Origin: an uncultured Gemmatimonadales bacterium
Lineage (GTDB): Bacteria > Gemmatimonadota > Gemmatimonadetes > Gemmatimonadales > GWC2-71-9
Assembly (NCBI GenBank): GCA_963695555.1
Contig: CAVOGR010000001.1
Span: 608,001 to 672,000 of the forward strand
Direction: 5' to 3'
Length of the DNA: 64,000 nt
Shown here: positions 19,179-30,937 of the stretch, one piece after another
Numbering within the stretch: the stretch's first letter is position 1
How the letters are laid out: every line of letters begins with the position of its first letter
Program-made: the position numbers and the translations under genes
Notes under the pieces: model-generated
What the model was told of the DNA's origin: nothing
The model's input: the letters and a program-made list of their open reading frames with translations, nothing else
The model's database searches: none

Positions 19179-22109
19179 ATGACGCCGAGAGAGCTAAGCG
19201 ACCGAGTCCGCGCGGCCAAGGAAGATGTCGAACGGCGCGGTGAGACCTTCTACCCCGGGCCAAGCCGGATTCACCTGGCGTCCTTCCCGCCGAAAGAGCG
19301 GTGGGACGATTGGGTGGAATTAGATTCGCGGGCCTGGCCCGAGCGGGTGGAACGCCGCTACAGCCTGGTCCCCACCACCTGCTTCAATTGTGAATCGGCC
19401 TGCGGACTGCTGGCCTACGTGGACAAGGAGACGCTTCAGGTACGGAAGTTCGAGGGCAATCCGGAGCATCCCGGCTCCCGGGGGCGGAACTGCGCCAAGG
19501 GTCCGGCCACCATTACCCAAGTGACCGACCCGGACCGCATCCTCGTGCCCCTCAAGCGCGCCGGCGCGCGGGGCGAGGGGAAGTGGGTGCAGGTCGGTTG
19601 GGATGAGGCGCTGGACGACATCGCCGGGCGGATTCGCCGGGCGATCCAGGAAGATCGCCACAACGAGGTGATGTACCACGTGGGTCGTCCCGGCGAGGAT
19701 GGGTTCACCGAACGGATCCTCGCCGCGTGGGGTGTGGACGGGCACAACTCCCACACCAATGTCTGTTCCTCCAACGGTCGGGCCGGATACCAGTTCTGGA
19801 TGGGCTACGACCGGCCGAGCCCGGATTTTGCCAATGCCAAGGTGATGGTGCTGGTGTCGGCGCACTTGGAGACCGGGCACTACTTCAACCCACACGCCCA
19901 GCGCGTCATCGAGGCCAAGAAGAACGGCGCTCGGCTGATCGTGTTCGACACCAGGCTGTCGAATACCGCGACCCACGCGGACCACTGGCTGGCTTCGTAT
20001 CCCGGCTCCGAGGCTGCGGTACTCTTGGCCGTGGCCAACTACCTCATTCAACACGATCTCTACAACCGAGAGTTTGTGCGGCAGTGGTGGAACTGGCACG
20101 AGTATCTGGCCTGCGAGCGCGACGATCTCGAGCCGTCATTCGACAACTTCGAGCGCGTGCTGAAGGAGCTGTATCGCGACTACACGTTCGAGTTTGCCGC
20201 TGCGGAATCCGGGCTCGATGCCTCGGTGATCGAAGACGTGGCGCAGGTGATCGCCACCGCCGGAACTCGGCTCGCCACGCACAACTGGCGTAGTGCCGCG
20301 GCCGGGAACGAAGGAGGGTGGCAGGTGTCCCGCACCCTGTTCTTGTTGAACGCCCTCATGGGCGCCGTGGCGAGCGAAGGCGGCACCTTCCCCAACGCCT
20401 GGAACAAGTTCGTCCCCAAGCCGATTCACACGCCGCCTCACCCGAAGACCTGGAACGAGCTGACGTGGCCGGTGGAATACCCGTTGGCGATGAACGAACT
20501 CTCCTTCCTCCTGCCCCATTTTCTGAAGGAGGGGAGAGGGCGAGTCGATGTGTACTTCACGCGGGTGTACAACCCGGTGTGGACCAATCCGGATGGATTT
20601 TCATGGATCGAAGTGCTCACCAACCCGGACCTGATCGGGCTGCACGTCGCTCTTACTCCCACGTGGAATGAAACGGCCTATTTCGCCGATTACGTGCTGC
20701 CGATGGGCCATAGCTCCGAGCGGCACGACACGCATTCGTACGAGACCCACGACGCGCAATGGATCGGATTCCGCCAGCCGGTATTGCGGACGCTGCGCGA
20801 ACGAATGGGCCAGCGGGTGGCCGATACGCGGGAGGTCAATCCGGGCGAAGTCTGGGAAGAGAACGAATTCTGGATCGACCTCACCTGGCGGATCGATCCC
20901 GATGGAGCGCTGGGTATCCGCCAGTTCGTTGCCTCTAAACAGCGCCCCGGCGAGAAGCTCTCGGTGGACGAGTACTACGCCTACGCCTTCGAGCACTCGG
21001 TTCCCGGACTGCCGGAGCGAGCCGCCGCCGAGGGCCTGAGCCCGCTCGACTACATGCGCCGCTACGGCGCGTTCGAGGTCGAGCGACGCGTCGGCCCCGT
21101 CTACACCTACGACGTTCCCCGCGATGACCTCCAGGACATCCGCGAGGACCAGTTCGGCCGGGTGTACACCAAGGCGCCCAAGCCGCCATCGCCCAATGTG
21201 GTGCCGCATCCGTCGCCCGAGTCTGACGCCGAAGGCCGCCGCCCCGTCGGGGTGACGGTAGACGGGAAGATTCTGCGCGGCTGGCCCACGCCAAGCGGTC
21301 GGCTCGAGTTCTACTCACGCACTCTGGCCGAATGGGGTTGGCCCGAAGCGGCCCTGCCCACCTATCTCAAAAGCCACATCCACCCGGACCACTTGGCCGC
21401 GGATCAGATGCCGCTGATCAGCACCTTCCGGCTCCCGGTCCACATCCACACCCGGAGCGCCAATGCCAAGTGGCTCGACGAGATTGCGCACACCAATCCA
21501 CTCTGGATCCATGCGTCCGATGCGAGCCGCCTCGGCCTCTCGACCGGCGACCTCGTTCGGGTGGAAACGGAGATCGGGCACTTCGTGGTCAAGGCCTGGG
21601 TGACCGAGGGGATCCGCCCCGGTGTGGTTGCCTGTAGTCACCACATGGGTCGGTGGAAACTCGGCGAGGCCGGGCAGCGGCAGCTCATGGCCACGGTGAA
21701 TTTGGATCACCGCGGTGCGAGCTGGGGTCTCACGCGCCGGCGCGGTGTCGAACCGTTCGCGTCGTCCGATCCGGATACCCTCAGAATCTGGTGGACCGAT
21801 GTCGGCGTACATCAAAACCTCACGTTCTCCGTGCATCCGGATCCCGTCTCCGGGCAGCACTGCTGGCATCAGGCCGTTCGCATCCGGAAGGCCGATCCCG
21901 GCGACGCCTATGGCGACATCGCCGTCGACACGGATCTGGCGCGTGACATGTACCGGCGCTGGTTGGAGAAGGCCCGTCCCGCTGATACCCATTCGCCGGA
22001 GGGTACCCGCCGGCCGTTCTGGTTGCTCCGGCCTCTGAAGCCCGCGAAGGAACACTTCCGCCTGCCGGAACCGACACACCGAGCGGGCGTCGGGCCAGGC
22101 TCCTCCTAG
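19179..22109 (+). CDS. Mo/W-bisPGD oxidoreductase catalytic subunit (Psr/Sre/Soe-like, no Tat signal)
   Basis: FS0 motif CFNCESAC...CAKG; putative Cys ligand in HTNVCSS; ADYVLP; C-terminal MopB dinucleotide-binding domain. Confidence 0.9.
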   Translation: MTPRELSDRVRAAKEDVERRGETFYPGPSRIHLASFPPKERWDDWVELDSRAWPERVERRYSLVPTTCFNCESACGLLAYVDKETLQVRKFEGNPEHPGSRGRNCAKGPATITQVTDPDRILVPLKRAGARGEGKWVQVGWDEALDDIAGRIRRAIQEDRHNEVMYHVGRPGEDGFTERILAAWGVDGHNSHTNVCSSNGRAGYQFWMGYDRPSPDFANAKVMVLVSAHLETGHYFNPHAQRVIEAKKNGARLIVFDTRLSNTATHADHWLASYPGSEAAVLLAVANYLIQHDLYNREFVRQWWNWHEYLACERDDLEPSFDNFERVLKELYRDYTFEFAAAESGLDASVIEDVAQVIATAGTRLATHNWRSAAAGNEGGWQVSRTLFLLNALMGAVASEGGTFPNAWNKFVPKPIHTPPHPKTWNELTWPVEYPLAMNELSFLLPHFLKEGRGRVDVYFTRVYNPVWTNPDGFSWIEVLTNPDLIGLHVALTPTWNETAYFADYVLPMGHSSERHDTHSYETHDAQWIGFRQPVLRTLRERMGQRVADTREVNPGEVWEENEFWIDLTWRIDPDGALGIRQFVASKQRPGEKLSVDEYYAYAFEHSVPGLPERAAAEGLSPLDYMRRYGAFEVERRVGPVYTYDVPRDDLQDIREDQFGRVYTKAPKPPSPNVVPHPSPESDAEGRRPVGVTVDGKILRGWPTPSGRLEFYSRTLAEWGWPEAALPTYLKSHIHPDHLAADQMPLISTFRLPVHIHTRSANAKWLDEIAHTNPLWIHASDASRLGLSTGDLVRVETEIGHFVVKAWVTEGIRPGVVACSHHMGRWKLGEAGQRQLMATVNLDHRGASWGLTRRRGVEPFASSDPDTLRIWWTDVGVHQNLTFSVHPDPVSGQHCWHQAVRIRKADPGDAYGDIAVDTDLARDMYRRWLEKARPADTHSPEGTRRPFWLLRPLKPAKEHFRLPEPTHRAGVGPGSS

Positions 22110-22112
22110 CGG

Positions 22113-22985
22113 ATGGAGTTACTTCGAGCGCTTGCCGTTCTTGCCGAGTCCCCCAGCGAAGAGTCCGCGGGACTTGCCCGGGTCCTGAGCCTCGATCGGC
22201 CGCCGAGCGCGGCCGAACACACCGACCTATTCGTCTTCCAGCTCGTCCCCTACGCCTCCGTGTACTTGGGCGCGGAGGGCATGCTGGGTGGTGAAGCCGA
22301 GGATCGGGTTCGGGGGTTCTGGCGGGCACTCGGCCATGCACCACCGACCGAACCCGATCATCTGACGGCCCTTCTCGGACTCTATGTACGTCTGGCTGAA
22401 CTCGAAGAGGCCGAGACCGATCTGACTCGCAAAGCGGCGCTGGGCAGGGCACGGGCCGCCCTCCTCTTCGAGCACCTCCTGAGTTGGCAGCCTGCGTTTC
22501 TCGAGAAGGTGATCGAAATTGGGCCGGGCCCTTTTCGAGACTGGGGGCGCCTGCTCAAGTCGGCACTGGTGGCGGAGGCCTCAGGCCTCGGAGTTCCCAC
22601 GGACCTGCCCCTCCATCTGCGCGAGGCCCCGGGACTTCCCGACGCGGAGCCTGCCAGCCTCGAGGAGCTGGTGTCGGCGTTCGTGGCTCCGGTCAGGTGC
22701 GGCATCATCCTCACGCGCACCGACCTCCAGCGGGCTGGGCGGGAAGTCGGACTCGGCGTGCGAGCCGGTGGGAGGCGCTTCGTGTTGGGGTCACTCCTGG
22801 AGCAGGATGCACCCGCTATGATGGAGTGGCTCGGGGCTGAGGCCGACCGCTGGGTCGGCTTGCATCTTGGCTATGCCGATTGCTTGGGCTCCATCGCTAC
22901 CTTCTGGGCCGAGCGGGCCCGCCGGACGGCCACGTTCGCCGAGCTGCTGCACCGGGTGGCAACGGAGAGTGTGAGTAACCCATGA
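22113..22985 (+). CDS. TorD/DmsD family molybdoenzyme chaperone
   Basis: PYASVY, EPDHL, EHLLSW motifs; has a C-terminal extension. Confidence 0.9.
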   Translation: MELLRALAVLAESPSEESAGLARVLSLDRPPSAAEHTDLFVFQLVPYASVYLGAEGMLGGEAEDRVRGFWRALGHAPPTEPDHLTALLGLYVRLAELEEAETDLTRKAALGRARAALLFEHLLSWQPAFLEKVIEIGPGPFRDWGRLLKSALVAEASGLGVPTDLPLHLREAPGLPDAEPASLEELVSAFVAPVRCGIILTRTDLQRAGREVGLGVRAGGRRFVLGSLLEQDAPAMMEWLGAEADRWVGLHLGYADCLGSIATFWAERARRTATFAELLHRVATESVSNP

Positions 22986-23013
22986 CTGGGTGTTCGAGTG
23001 AGGATCTGAATCA

Positions 23014-24096
23014 ATGAAGCAAGCAAGCATCATAGGCCTCGCGCTCGGCGTGCTCGTCGCTGGTCCCACGCCGCTTCCTGGACAAGCCGTCCCTCAGGTG
23101 GGTGGTGGCCCCGGGTGGGTGGTTCGTTCGGCAGCACACGTCGATCTCTGGTATCATGGCCTCGCGGTGGTGGGGTATGACGGGCTTGCGCCGCTCCCAC
23201 TCTACGCCCCCGACTACGCGGCGCACATCAAGAGCGCCAAGGAAGCCCAAGGACTGTATCCGACGACGCTCGATCGACTCCGATCCTACTTCCGGATCGC
23301 GTTCGCCACCGACAGCACGTTTGAGATTTTTCATTTCCTGCCGCTCTACTTCGGTTCGCCCGAACCCGAGCCTATGCTTGCTGCATTAGCTGCCGCCGCT
23401 CGCGGAGAGACGCGAGAAGAATTCGGAGCCAGGGTTCTGTCCGAGGTCCTGAAGAAGAAGAACCAGCGCGAGATCGCCGGCCAGTTCATCGCCGCCCTCG
23501 AAGAGGAGTGGCGGGTGTTTCTCCGGGCGCACCGTGAGGCGGAGTCACCGCGACGGGATGCCTATCTGGCGGCGGTCGAGCGGCAATGGCAGGAGCGCAT
23601 GGAGCCAGCCCTCGAAGGTTGGCTCATGGATCGTCGTCTCGACCGAGGCGTGGTGATCGCCTCGCCGGCAATAGGGCCGGAGGGCCGAATTTTCCTGGGC
23701 GAGCCGGATGATCCGGGCGACAATGTCGTTGCCGTCGGCATGCCGCTCGCACTGGATGACGTGGAGGTTGTGCTGTTTGCCGCGGTCCGCGAGCTCTGTT
23801 ATCCCATCGCCAGTCGCGAAGTGGCGCGGCAGGGCGTGCCTGGCAACGACCGCGTGACCGCCGAGCGCGTCAGCAGCCGGGCCGCGGTACGATGCGGGGC
23901 AATGCTGCTCGATGTCCGGGCGCCGGAGCTGGCCACCCGGTACCGGGACGCCTATGTTCGGGCGGCCAAGCTTGATCCGGCGCGGGTGACGTTCGAAAAC
24001 GCCTTCCCCGTGGATTCCCAGCTTCTCAAGGACGTGCGGCGGGAGTTGCGGCTGCCGAACATCAGGGAGGACGGAGGAGTAATGAGTAAGGAGTGA
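23014..24096 (+). CDS. Secreted hypothetical protein
   Basis: Sec-type signal MKQASIIGLALGVLVAG; 360-aa ORF with typical codon usage. Confidence 0.75.
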   Translation: MKQASIIGLALGVLVAGPTPLPGQAVPQVGGGPGWVVRSAAHVDLWYHGLAVVGYDGLAPLPLYAPDYAAHIKSAKEAQGLYPTTLDRLRSYFRIAFATDSTFEIFHFLPLYFGSPEPEPMLAALAAAARGETREEFGARVLSEVLKKKNQREIAGQFIAALEEEWRVFLRAHREAESPRRDAYLAAVERQWQERMEPALEGWLMDRRLDRGVVIASPAIGPEGRIFLGEPDDPGDNVVAVGMPLALDDVEVVLFAAVRELCYPIASREVARQGVPGNDRVTAERVSSRAAVRCGAMLLDVRAPELATRYRDAYVRAAKLDPARVTFENAFPVDSQLLKDVRRELRLPNIREDGGVMSKE

Positions 24097-24155
24097 GCTC
24101 GCGGGACCACGAGTTCCCAGTTCCCGACTGTCCAACCGACGTATCTTTCGTTCCA

Positions 24156-24213
24156 CTCCCGACTTCCCGACTTCCCGACTTCCCGACTACCTGACTAACC
24201 GGCTTCCCGACTC
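24156..24213 (+). repeat. 8-bp tandem repeat (TTCCCGAC)n immediately upstream of cysS
   Basis: ctcccgac ttcccgac ttcccgac ttcccgac tacctgac taaccggc ttcccgac tc ATG; further copies at about 24113-24128. Confidence 0.8.
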
Positions 24214-25765
24214 ATGTCCCTCACCCTCTACAACACGCTCACTCGCAGGCTCGAGCCGTTCGAACCGCTCGAGCCCGGCCGAGTATCGCTCTACACCTGT
24301 GGCCCGACCGTCTGGAATTTTGCCCACATCGGGAACTTCAGGACATTCCTGTTCGAGGATCTGCTCCGGCGGTGGCTCGAGGCGAGCGGGTACGACGTCT
24401 ATCACATCATGAACGTGACCGACGTGGACGATCGTACCATCAACGCCGCTGCGGCTGCTGGAACATCGCTGCGTGAGCATGTCCAGCCGTTTATCGACGC
24501 CTTCTATGCCGACCGTGACTACTTGAGAATCCGTCCCGCCAACGAATACCCCCGCGCCACCGAGTTCATCGCGCCGATGATACGGTTAGTGCAGGGCCTC
24601 ATCGACAAGGGGCACGCGTACCGAGGGGACGACGGCTCGGTCTATTTCACGATCGCGAGCTTCCCGGCCTACGGCCGCCTGTCGCAGCTGGACCGCCAAC
24701 AGCTCCAGGCCGGCGCCGGTTCGGGCGGCAGCCGGACGGGGGTCGACACCGACGAGTACGCCAAGGAAGACGCCCGGGACTTCGCGCTCTGGAAGGCCGC
24801 CCGCCCCACGGACGAGCAGGTGGGAGCCGCCTGGGATGCGCCCTTCGGACGTGGTCGCCCAGGGTGGCATCTCGAGTGCTCGGCCATGGCGCTCGAACTG
24901 GTCGGGCAGCAGTACGGGGTGGATGTGCTCGATATCCATGCCGGCGGGGTGGACCTGATCTTTCCGCATCATGAGGACGAGATCGCCCAGGCCTGCGCCT
25001 ACACCGGGCAGGAAGACTTCGCCCGGTATTGGCTCCACGGCGAGTTCCTCAACGTGCGCGGCACCAAGATGTCCAAGCGCTTCGGCAACATTCTGACAAC
25101 GCGAGATCTCAGTGAGGAGGGAGTGGGCAGCGGGGCGGTGAGATTGTTGGTCTTCCAGACCCACTACCGCCAGCGGCTCGATTTGACCGACCAGGCGCTC
25201 GATGCGGCGCGGGAGGGCTCGCGGCGGCTCGGCGAGTTCGGCCGGAAGCTGGCTGAGGCCTCGGAGCGGAGCGGGAAAGGGCCACGAGCCGTTCGAGGAG
25301 GCTGCCGGCCGGTTCGGCGACGCATTCAAGTCCGCGCTGGATGAGGACCTCAACGCGCCGCGGGCGGTGGCCGCGCTATTCGACTTCGCCAGCGAGGGGA
25401 ATCGGCTGCTGGATGAGGGGGTCCGGCCCGGCCCAAGGGCACTGGGGGCGTGGGCGCTGGCCGACGCGGCGCCGGACTGCGCCCAGGCGGTGGAAAGGGT
25501 CAGCCTGGCTGGGTCCGACGCCGCAGGCGGCTGAGTCCGCCACGCGCTATCCAGCCCACCCGCCGAGCCGCCGACCGGAACGGCCGAGGCAGCCGACTGG
25601 GCCCGAAAATGGGCCCTGGTGCGGCTCGAGCGCAAAAAGGCCCGCGACTTCGCGGAGGCGGACCGGATCCGGGACCTGCTCCGTGAGCACGGATTCGAGG
25701 TCCGGGATACCAAGGACGGCGGGGTCGAGGTGGTTCGGGCGGGGCTGATTGCCCCCCGGCCCTGA
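24214..25765 (+). CDS. cysS: Cysteine--tRNA ligase (frameshift near 25280 and in-frame TGA at 25532, probably sequence errors)
   Basis: LYNTLTR, YTCGPTV, HIGN, DFALWK, GRPGWHLEC, DLIFPHHE, KMSK; the anticodon domain (ALDEDLNAP...KARDFAEADRIRD) continues in another frame. Confidence 0.92.
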
Positions 25766-25802
25766 GCGGGCCTATCCCACCATATTTCCGGCGCTTATCC
25801 AG

Positions 25803-25831
25803 TTGACTGGCGCTTACAGGCCCGGTATTAT
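25803..25831 (+). promoter_or_regulatory. Sigma70-type promoter of the tRNA-tuf operon
   Basis: TTGACT - 17 bp - TATTAT, 23 nt upstream of tRNA-Thr. Confidence 0.8.
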
Positions 25832-25854
25832 ACGGGTCTGTCGATTTTTGGGCT

Positions 25855-25931
25855 GCTGACGTAGCTCAATGGCTAGAGCACCTGATTTGTAATCAGGCAG
25901 GTTGAGGGTTCGAGTCCCTTCGTCAGCTCCA
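25855..25931 (+). tRNA. tRNA-Thr(TGT)
   Basis: Cloverleaf, anticodon arm CCTGA-TT-TGT-AA-TCAGG, GGTTCGAGTCC, encoded CCA. Confidence 0.95.
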
Positions 25932-26010
25932 GCTGTGGCAGGACGGATGTCAGGGACGCGATGGACCCCGCCGGTGACGGGGTGCGTGTCGAGTAGCGTC
26001 GCAGGTGCAC

Positions 26011-26094
26011 GGTGGGGTGGCCGAGTGGCTAATGGCAGCAGACTGTAAATCTGCCGGGCTTCGCCCTACGTAGGTTCGAATCCTACCCCCACCA
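26011..26094 (+). tRNA. tRNA-Tyr(GTA)
   Basis: GCAGA-CT-GTA-AA-TCTGC, long variable arm, GGTTCGAATCC. Confidence 0.96.
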
Positions 26095-26108
26095 TGGCTG
26101 GCGGGCAC

Positions 26109-26181
26109 GCGGGTGTAGCTCAGTTGGTAGAGCATCAGCCTTCCAAGCTGAGGGTCGCGGGTTCGAGTCCCGTCGCCCGCT
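26109..26181 (+). tRNA. tRNA-Gly(TCC)
   Basis: TCAGC-CT-TCC-AA-GCTGA, T-loop GGTTCGAGTCC. Confidence 0.96.
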
Positions 26182-26196
26182 TGGGACACCACGGTC

Positions 26197-26269
<73 letters not shown>

Positions 26270-26397
26270 TGGAGGAGGCGGATCGGTCGGCATGGCAGTT
26301 CGTGATGACCGCCGGACCGCCGGAGGCGGTCGCCGGGGATCGGCTGGGAACCGCCGGACCGCCGCAACTAGAAACCAGACGCAAGGGAGCACTGGTC

Positions 26398-27614
<1,217 letters not shown>

Positions 27615-27638
27615 GGAGTCGGGAGTAGAGGAGCCAAC

Positions 27639-27790
27639 ATGCCGCGCGACAAGATGATCCTGGAGTGCACCGACTGCAAGAGTCGGAACTACTTCACGAC
27701 AAGAACAAGCGGAAGCACCCGGAGCGGGTGGAGTGGAAGAAGTTCTGTCCCCGGTGCGGCACGCACCGCGCCCACAAGGAGTCGAAGTAG
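27639..27790 (+). CDS. rpmG: 50S ribosomal protein L33, Zn-binding form (one indel)
   Basis: [18 protein letters not shown]...[29 protein letters not shown]. Confidence 0.92.
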
Positions 27791-27792
27791 CC

Positions 27793-28046
27793 ATGGCCAA
27801 AGGTGAAGGTCGCGCGCGGCGATGCCGCGGTTGCCCAGGGCAACGCCCTCATGCGCTCCGCGACTTCCTCGCGGCGGTGCGGGCCGAGATCGGCAAGGTC
27901 ACCTGGCCGACGCGGGACGAGCTGGTCGAGGCGACGCGGGTGATTCATCCTGCTTCGCCGTGCTCCTCGGCGTCGCTGATCGGACTGCTCGACTGGCTGC
28001 TCCAGAAGATCCTGATCGACGGGGTCGCGGCGATCTGCCGCGGTGA
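27793..28046 (+). CDS. secE: Preprotein translocase SecE (indels)
   Basis: [21 protein letters not shown] followed by a TM segment and LDWLLQ; position between rpmG and nusG. Confidence 0.88.
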
Positions 28047-28051
28047 TCGCC

Positions 28052-28597
28052 ATGGAGTACCGCTGGTACGCGATCCAGACGACGGCGGGCCACGAGAACA
28101 AGGTCCGGGCGCTGCTCGAGCGCCGCATCGCGGACGACCCGCGGCCGGAGGAGGAGAAGCTGATCCGCCAGGCCTGGTCCCGACGCAGGAAGTCGTGGAG
28201 ATCAAGAACGGCAAGAAGGTCACGGTCGAGCGGAAGCTGTATCCGGGCTACGTGCTCGTCGAGATGGTGATGAGCCAGGAAGCGCTCAGCACGTGGTCAA
28301 CAGCATCCAGGGCGTGATCAAGTTCGTCGGGACCGGCTGGACGCCGCAGGCGCTCCGGCAGGAGGAGGTCAACCGGCTGCTCGGCATCGTCGAGGAGACG
28401 GCCGAGGACGAGCGCCGAAGGAGGAGATCCCGTTCCTGGTCGGCCAGGTCGTGGAGATCATCGAAGGTCCGTTCTCGGACTTCAGCGGCACGGTCGAGGA
28501 AGTGCTCCCCGACAAGGGGAAGGTGAAGGTGTCGGTCAGCCTGTTCGGGCGGCCGACGACGGTCGAGTTGGATTACCTGCAGTTGCGAGGCCATTGA
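28052..28597 (+). CDS. nusG: Transcription factor NusG (indels)
   Basis: WYAIQTTAGHENKV, RKLYPGYVLVEM, KOW GPFSDFSG, VSLFGRPTTVELDY. Confidence 0.93.
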
Positions 28598-28721
28598 GCC
28601 GACGCGCAGGGTGCGCGCCGGTGACGTATAGACGACGGTGGGCCGGGTGGCCCCCCGCGACCGCGCGGGTGAACGCGGGAGTCGACGGCGCACCAGATGC
28701 CCCGACGTTACGAGGAGTAAC

Positions 28722-29146
28722 ATGGCGAAGAAAGTCACGGCCGTCGTCAAGCTGCAGTGCCCGGCTGGCGCGGCGAACCCGGCGCCGCCCGTGGGCACGG
28801 CGCTCGGTCCGCACGGCGTCAACATCATGGATTTCTGCAAGCAGTTCAACGCGCAGACCCAGACCCAGGCGGGCATGGTGATTCCGGTCGTGATCACGAT
28901 CTATGCCGATCGCACGTTCACCTTCATCACCAAGACGCCGCCGGCGCCGAATCTGCTGCTCAAGGAAGCCGGAATCGAGAAGGGAAGCGGGCAGCCGAAT
29001 CGCGACAAGGTCGGCAAGGTGACGCGCGCCCAGCTCGGAAGATCGCCGAGATCAAGATGGACGACCTCAATGCGACCGACATCGATTGCGCCATGCGGAT
29101 GATCGCCGGGACGGCGCGGTCGATGGGCCTGGAGGTGAAGGACTGA
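28722..29146 (+). CDS. rplK: 50S ribosomal protein L11 (one indel near 29035)
   Basis: [12 protein letters not shown]...[11 protein letters not shown]...KTPP...GTARSMG. Confidence 0.95.
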
Positions 29147-29830
29147 TGGCCGCACGGGCAAGCAATTCACGGCGGCGCTGGCCGGGTGGATCGAGCCAAG
29201 GTCTACTCGCCGCCGAGGCCGTCGACCTGGTCAAGGCGGCGTCCTTCGCCAAGTTCGACGAGACCGTGGACGTTGCGGTCCGGCTCGGCGTCGATCCGCG
29301 GCACGCCGACCAGGTCGTCCGCGGCACCGTGGTGCTGCCGCACGGCACCGGCAAGACGGTCCGGGTGCTGGTCATCGCCCAGGGCGACAAGGCCAAGGAC
29401 GCGGAGGCGGCCGGCGCCGACTTCGTCGGTGTCGAGTACGTCCAGAAGATCAAGGACGGCTGGCTCGAGTGCGACGTGATCGTCGCGACGCCGGACGTGA
29501 TGGGCCAGGTCGGCCAGCTGGGCCGGATTCTCGGCCCCCGCGGGCTGATGCCGAATCCGAAGGCGGGCACGGTCACGATGGACGTGGCCAGGCGGTCAGC
29601 GAGATCAAGGCCGGCAAGATCGAGTTCCGGGTGGACAAGACCGGCAACCTGCACGCGCCGATCGGCAAGGTGTCGTTTGGGGCGCCCAGTTGGTGGAGAA
29701 CCTGTCGCCGTTCATGGACACGATCGTCCGGGCGAAGCCGGCGGCGGCCAAGGGCACCTACGTCCGGTCGGCCACGGTCTCGAGCACGATGGGGCCCGGC
29801 GTGCGACTGGATACGGCGGGGTACCGATGA
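29146..29830 (+). CDS. rplA: 50S ribosomal protein L1 (indels)
   Basis: [54 protein letters not shown]. Confidence 0.95.
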
Positions 29831-30347
29831 GCAAGACCGAACGCCAGGCGATGGTCGAGACCCTCGCGGAGCGAGTTGGAGCGGTCGCCCAACCTCTATT
29901 TGACGGACTTCACCGGGCTGACGGTGCTGCGGATGACGGACTTCCGCCGGCGGCTCCGGGCGGCCGGCGTCGGTACGCGGTCGTGAAGAACACGCTGGCG
30001 CAGCGGGCCTTGGCGGACGCCAGGTATCCGGGCTCGAGAGCACTTGGCCGGGCCGACGGGCTCGTGCTGGCGGGCGACGACCCGGTCACTGCGGCCAAGG
30101 TGCTTGCCGATTTCATCAAGGAGCACGAGCGGCCGGCGCTGAAGAGCGGGCTGGTGGATGGCAAGACCATGACGCCGGCGGACATCAAGCGTCTCGCCTC
30201 CCTGCCGTCGCGTGACGAGCTGCTGGGGCAGTTCGCCGGGGCGCTGCAGGCGCCGCTGGCCAATTCGCCGGCATCATGAACGGACTGCTGTATCAGTTGG
30301 TTGGCGCCCTCGAGGCGCTCCGCGCGCAGCGAGGCGCGGCTTCTTAA
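29827..30347 (+). CDS. rplJ: 50S ribosomal protein L10 (indels)
   Basis: DFTGLTV...VVKNTL...[15 protein letters not shown] overlap with rplA. Confidence 0.9.
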
Positions 30348-30367
30348 TCGTACGGAGAGATACAGGC

Positions 30368-30760
30368 ATGGCGACGCAGCTGAGTAACGACGAAATCCTC
30401 GAAGCCATCGGCAACAAGACCGTGATCGAGCTGGCCGACCTGATCGAGGCGTTCAAGGACAAGTTCAACGTCACGATCGCTGCCCCGGTGGCCGCAGCTG
30501 CGGCGGCGCCTGGGGCGGGTGGTGCGGCCGAAGCCGCAATCGAGGAGCAGACCGAGTTCACGGTCATCCTGAAGGAAGTCGGCGCCAAGAAGATCCAGGT
30601 CATCAAGGTCGTCCGCGAGCTGACCACCCTCGGCCTGAAGGAGGCCAAGGACCTGGTCGACGGCGCACCGAATCCGGTCAAGGAGGGCGTCTCCAAGGCC
30701 GAGGCCGAGGAAATCAAGAAGAAGCTCGAGGAGCAGGGCGCGACCGTCGAGCTGAAGTAG
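30368..30760 (+). CDS. rplL: 50S ribosomal protein L7/L12
   Basis: [10 protein letters not shown]...[10 protein letters not shown]...[11 protein letters not shown]...GATVELK. Confidence 0.97.
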   Translation: MATQLSNDEILEAIGNKTVIELADLIEAFKDKFNVTIAAPVAAAAAAPGAGGAAEAAIEEQTEFTVILKEVGAKKIQVIKVVRELTTLGLKEAKDLVDGAPNPVKEGVSKAEAEEIKKKLEEQGATVELK

Positions 30761-30937
30761 CGCCGTAGCGTGTCCGGTGAGCCAAGCGGGTTCACCGGCT
30801 ACTTCGAGGCGCACTTCAGTGAGACGGAATGGAACTCAGACTGCACCGCAGGACCTCGATCGATCATGAGCCCCGCGTGGACTCCGCCGGGGGTGGCGGA
30901 GCCAGCCGGGGCCCTTTGTGCTGGGTGAGGCATACTA

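Noticed and set aside
17402..19219. Long antisense ORFs (for example 605 aa here, also 32582-34267 and 37077-38849)
   Set aside because: Shadow frames of real high-GC genes with no recognisable motifs.
19179..22109. Formate dehydrogenase or nitrate reductase
   Set aside because: I do not see the Fdh Cys/Sec-His active-site motif or Nar-type features; the NrfD anchor and sulfur-relay context favour the Psr/Sre/Soe group.
24113..24213. CRISPR array
   Set aside because: 8-bp units with no spacers and no cas genes.
25532..25534. In-frame TGA in cysS as selenocysteine or recoding
   Set aside because: It lies in a non-conserved linker within the error-rich zone, and TGA is the normal stop elsewhere in the window.
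24214..25765. cysS as a persulfide synthase member of the sulfur island
   Set aside because: It is separated by an unrelated secreted protein and adjoins housekeeping genes; proximity alone is not evidence.
30774..30911. ncRNA or riboswitch between rplL and rpoB
   Set aside because: Two GC hairpins are present, but no recognisable family motif; likely ordinary attenuator or processing structures.
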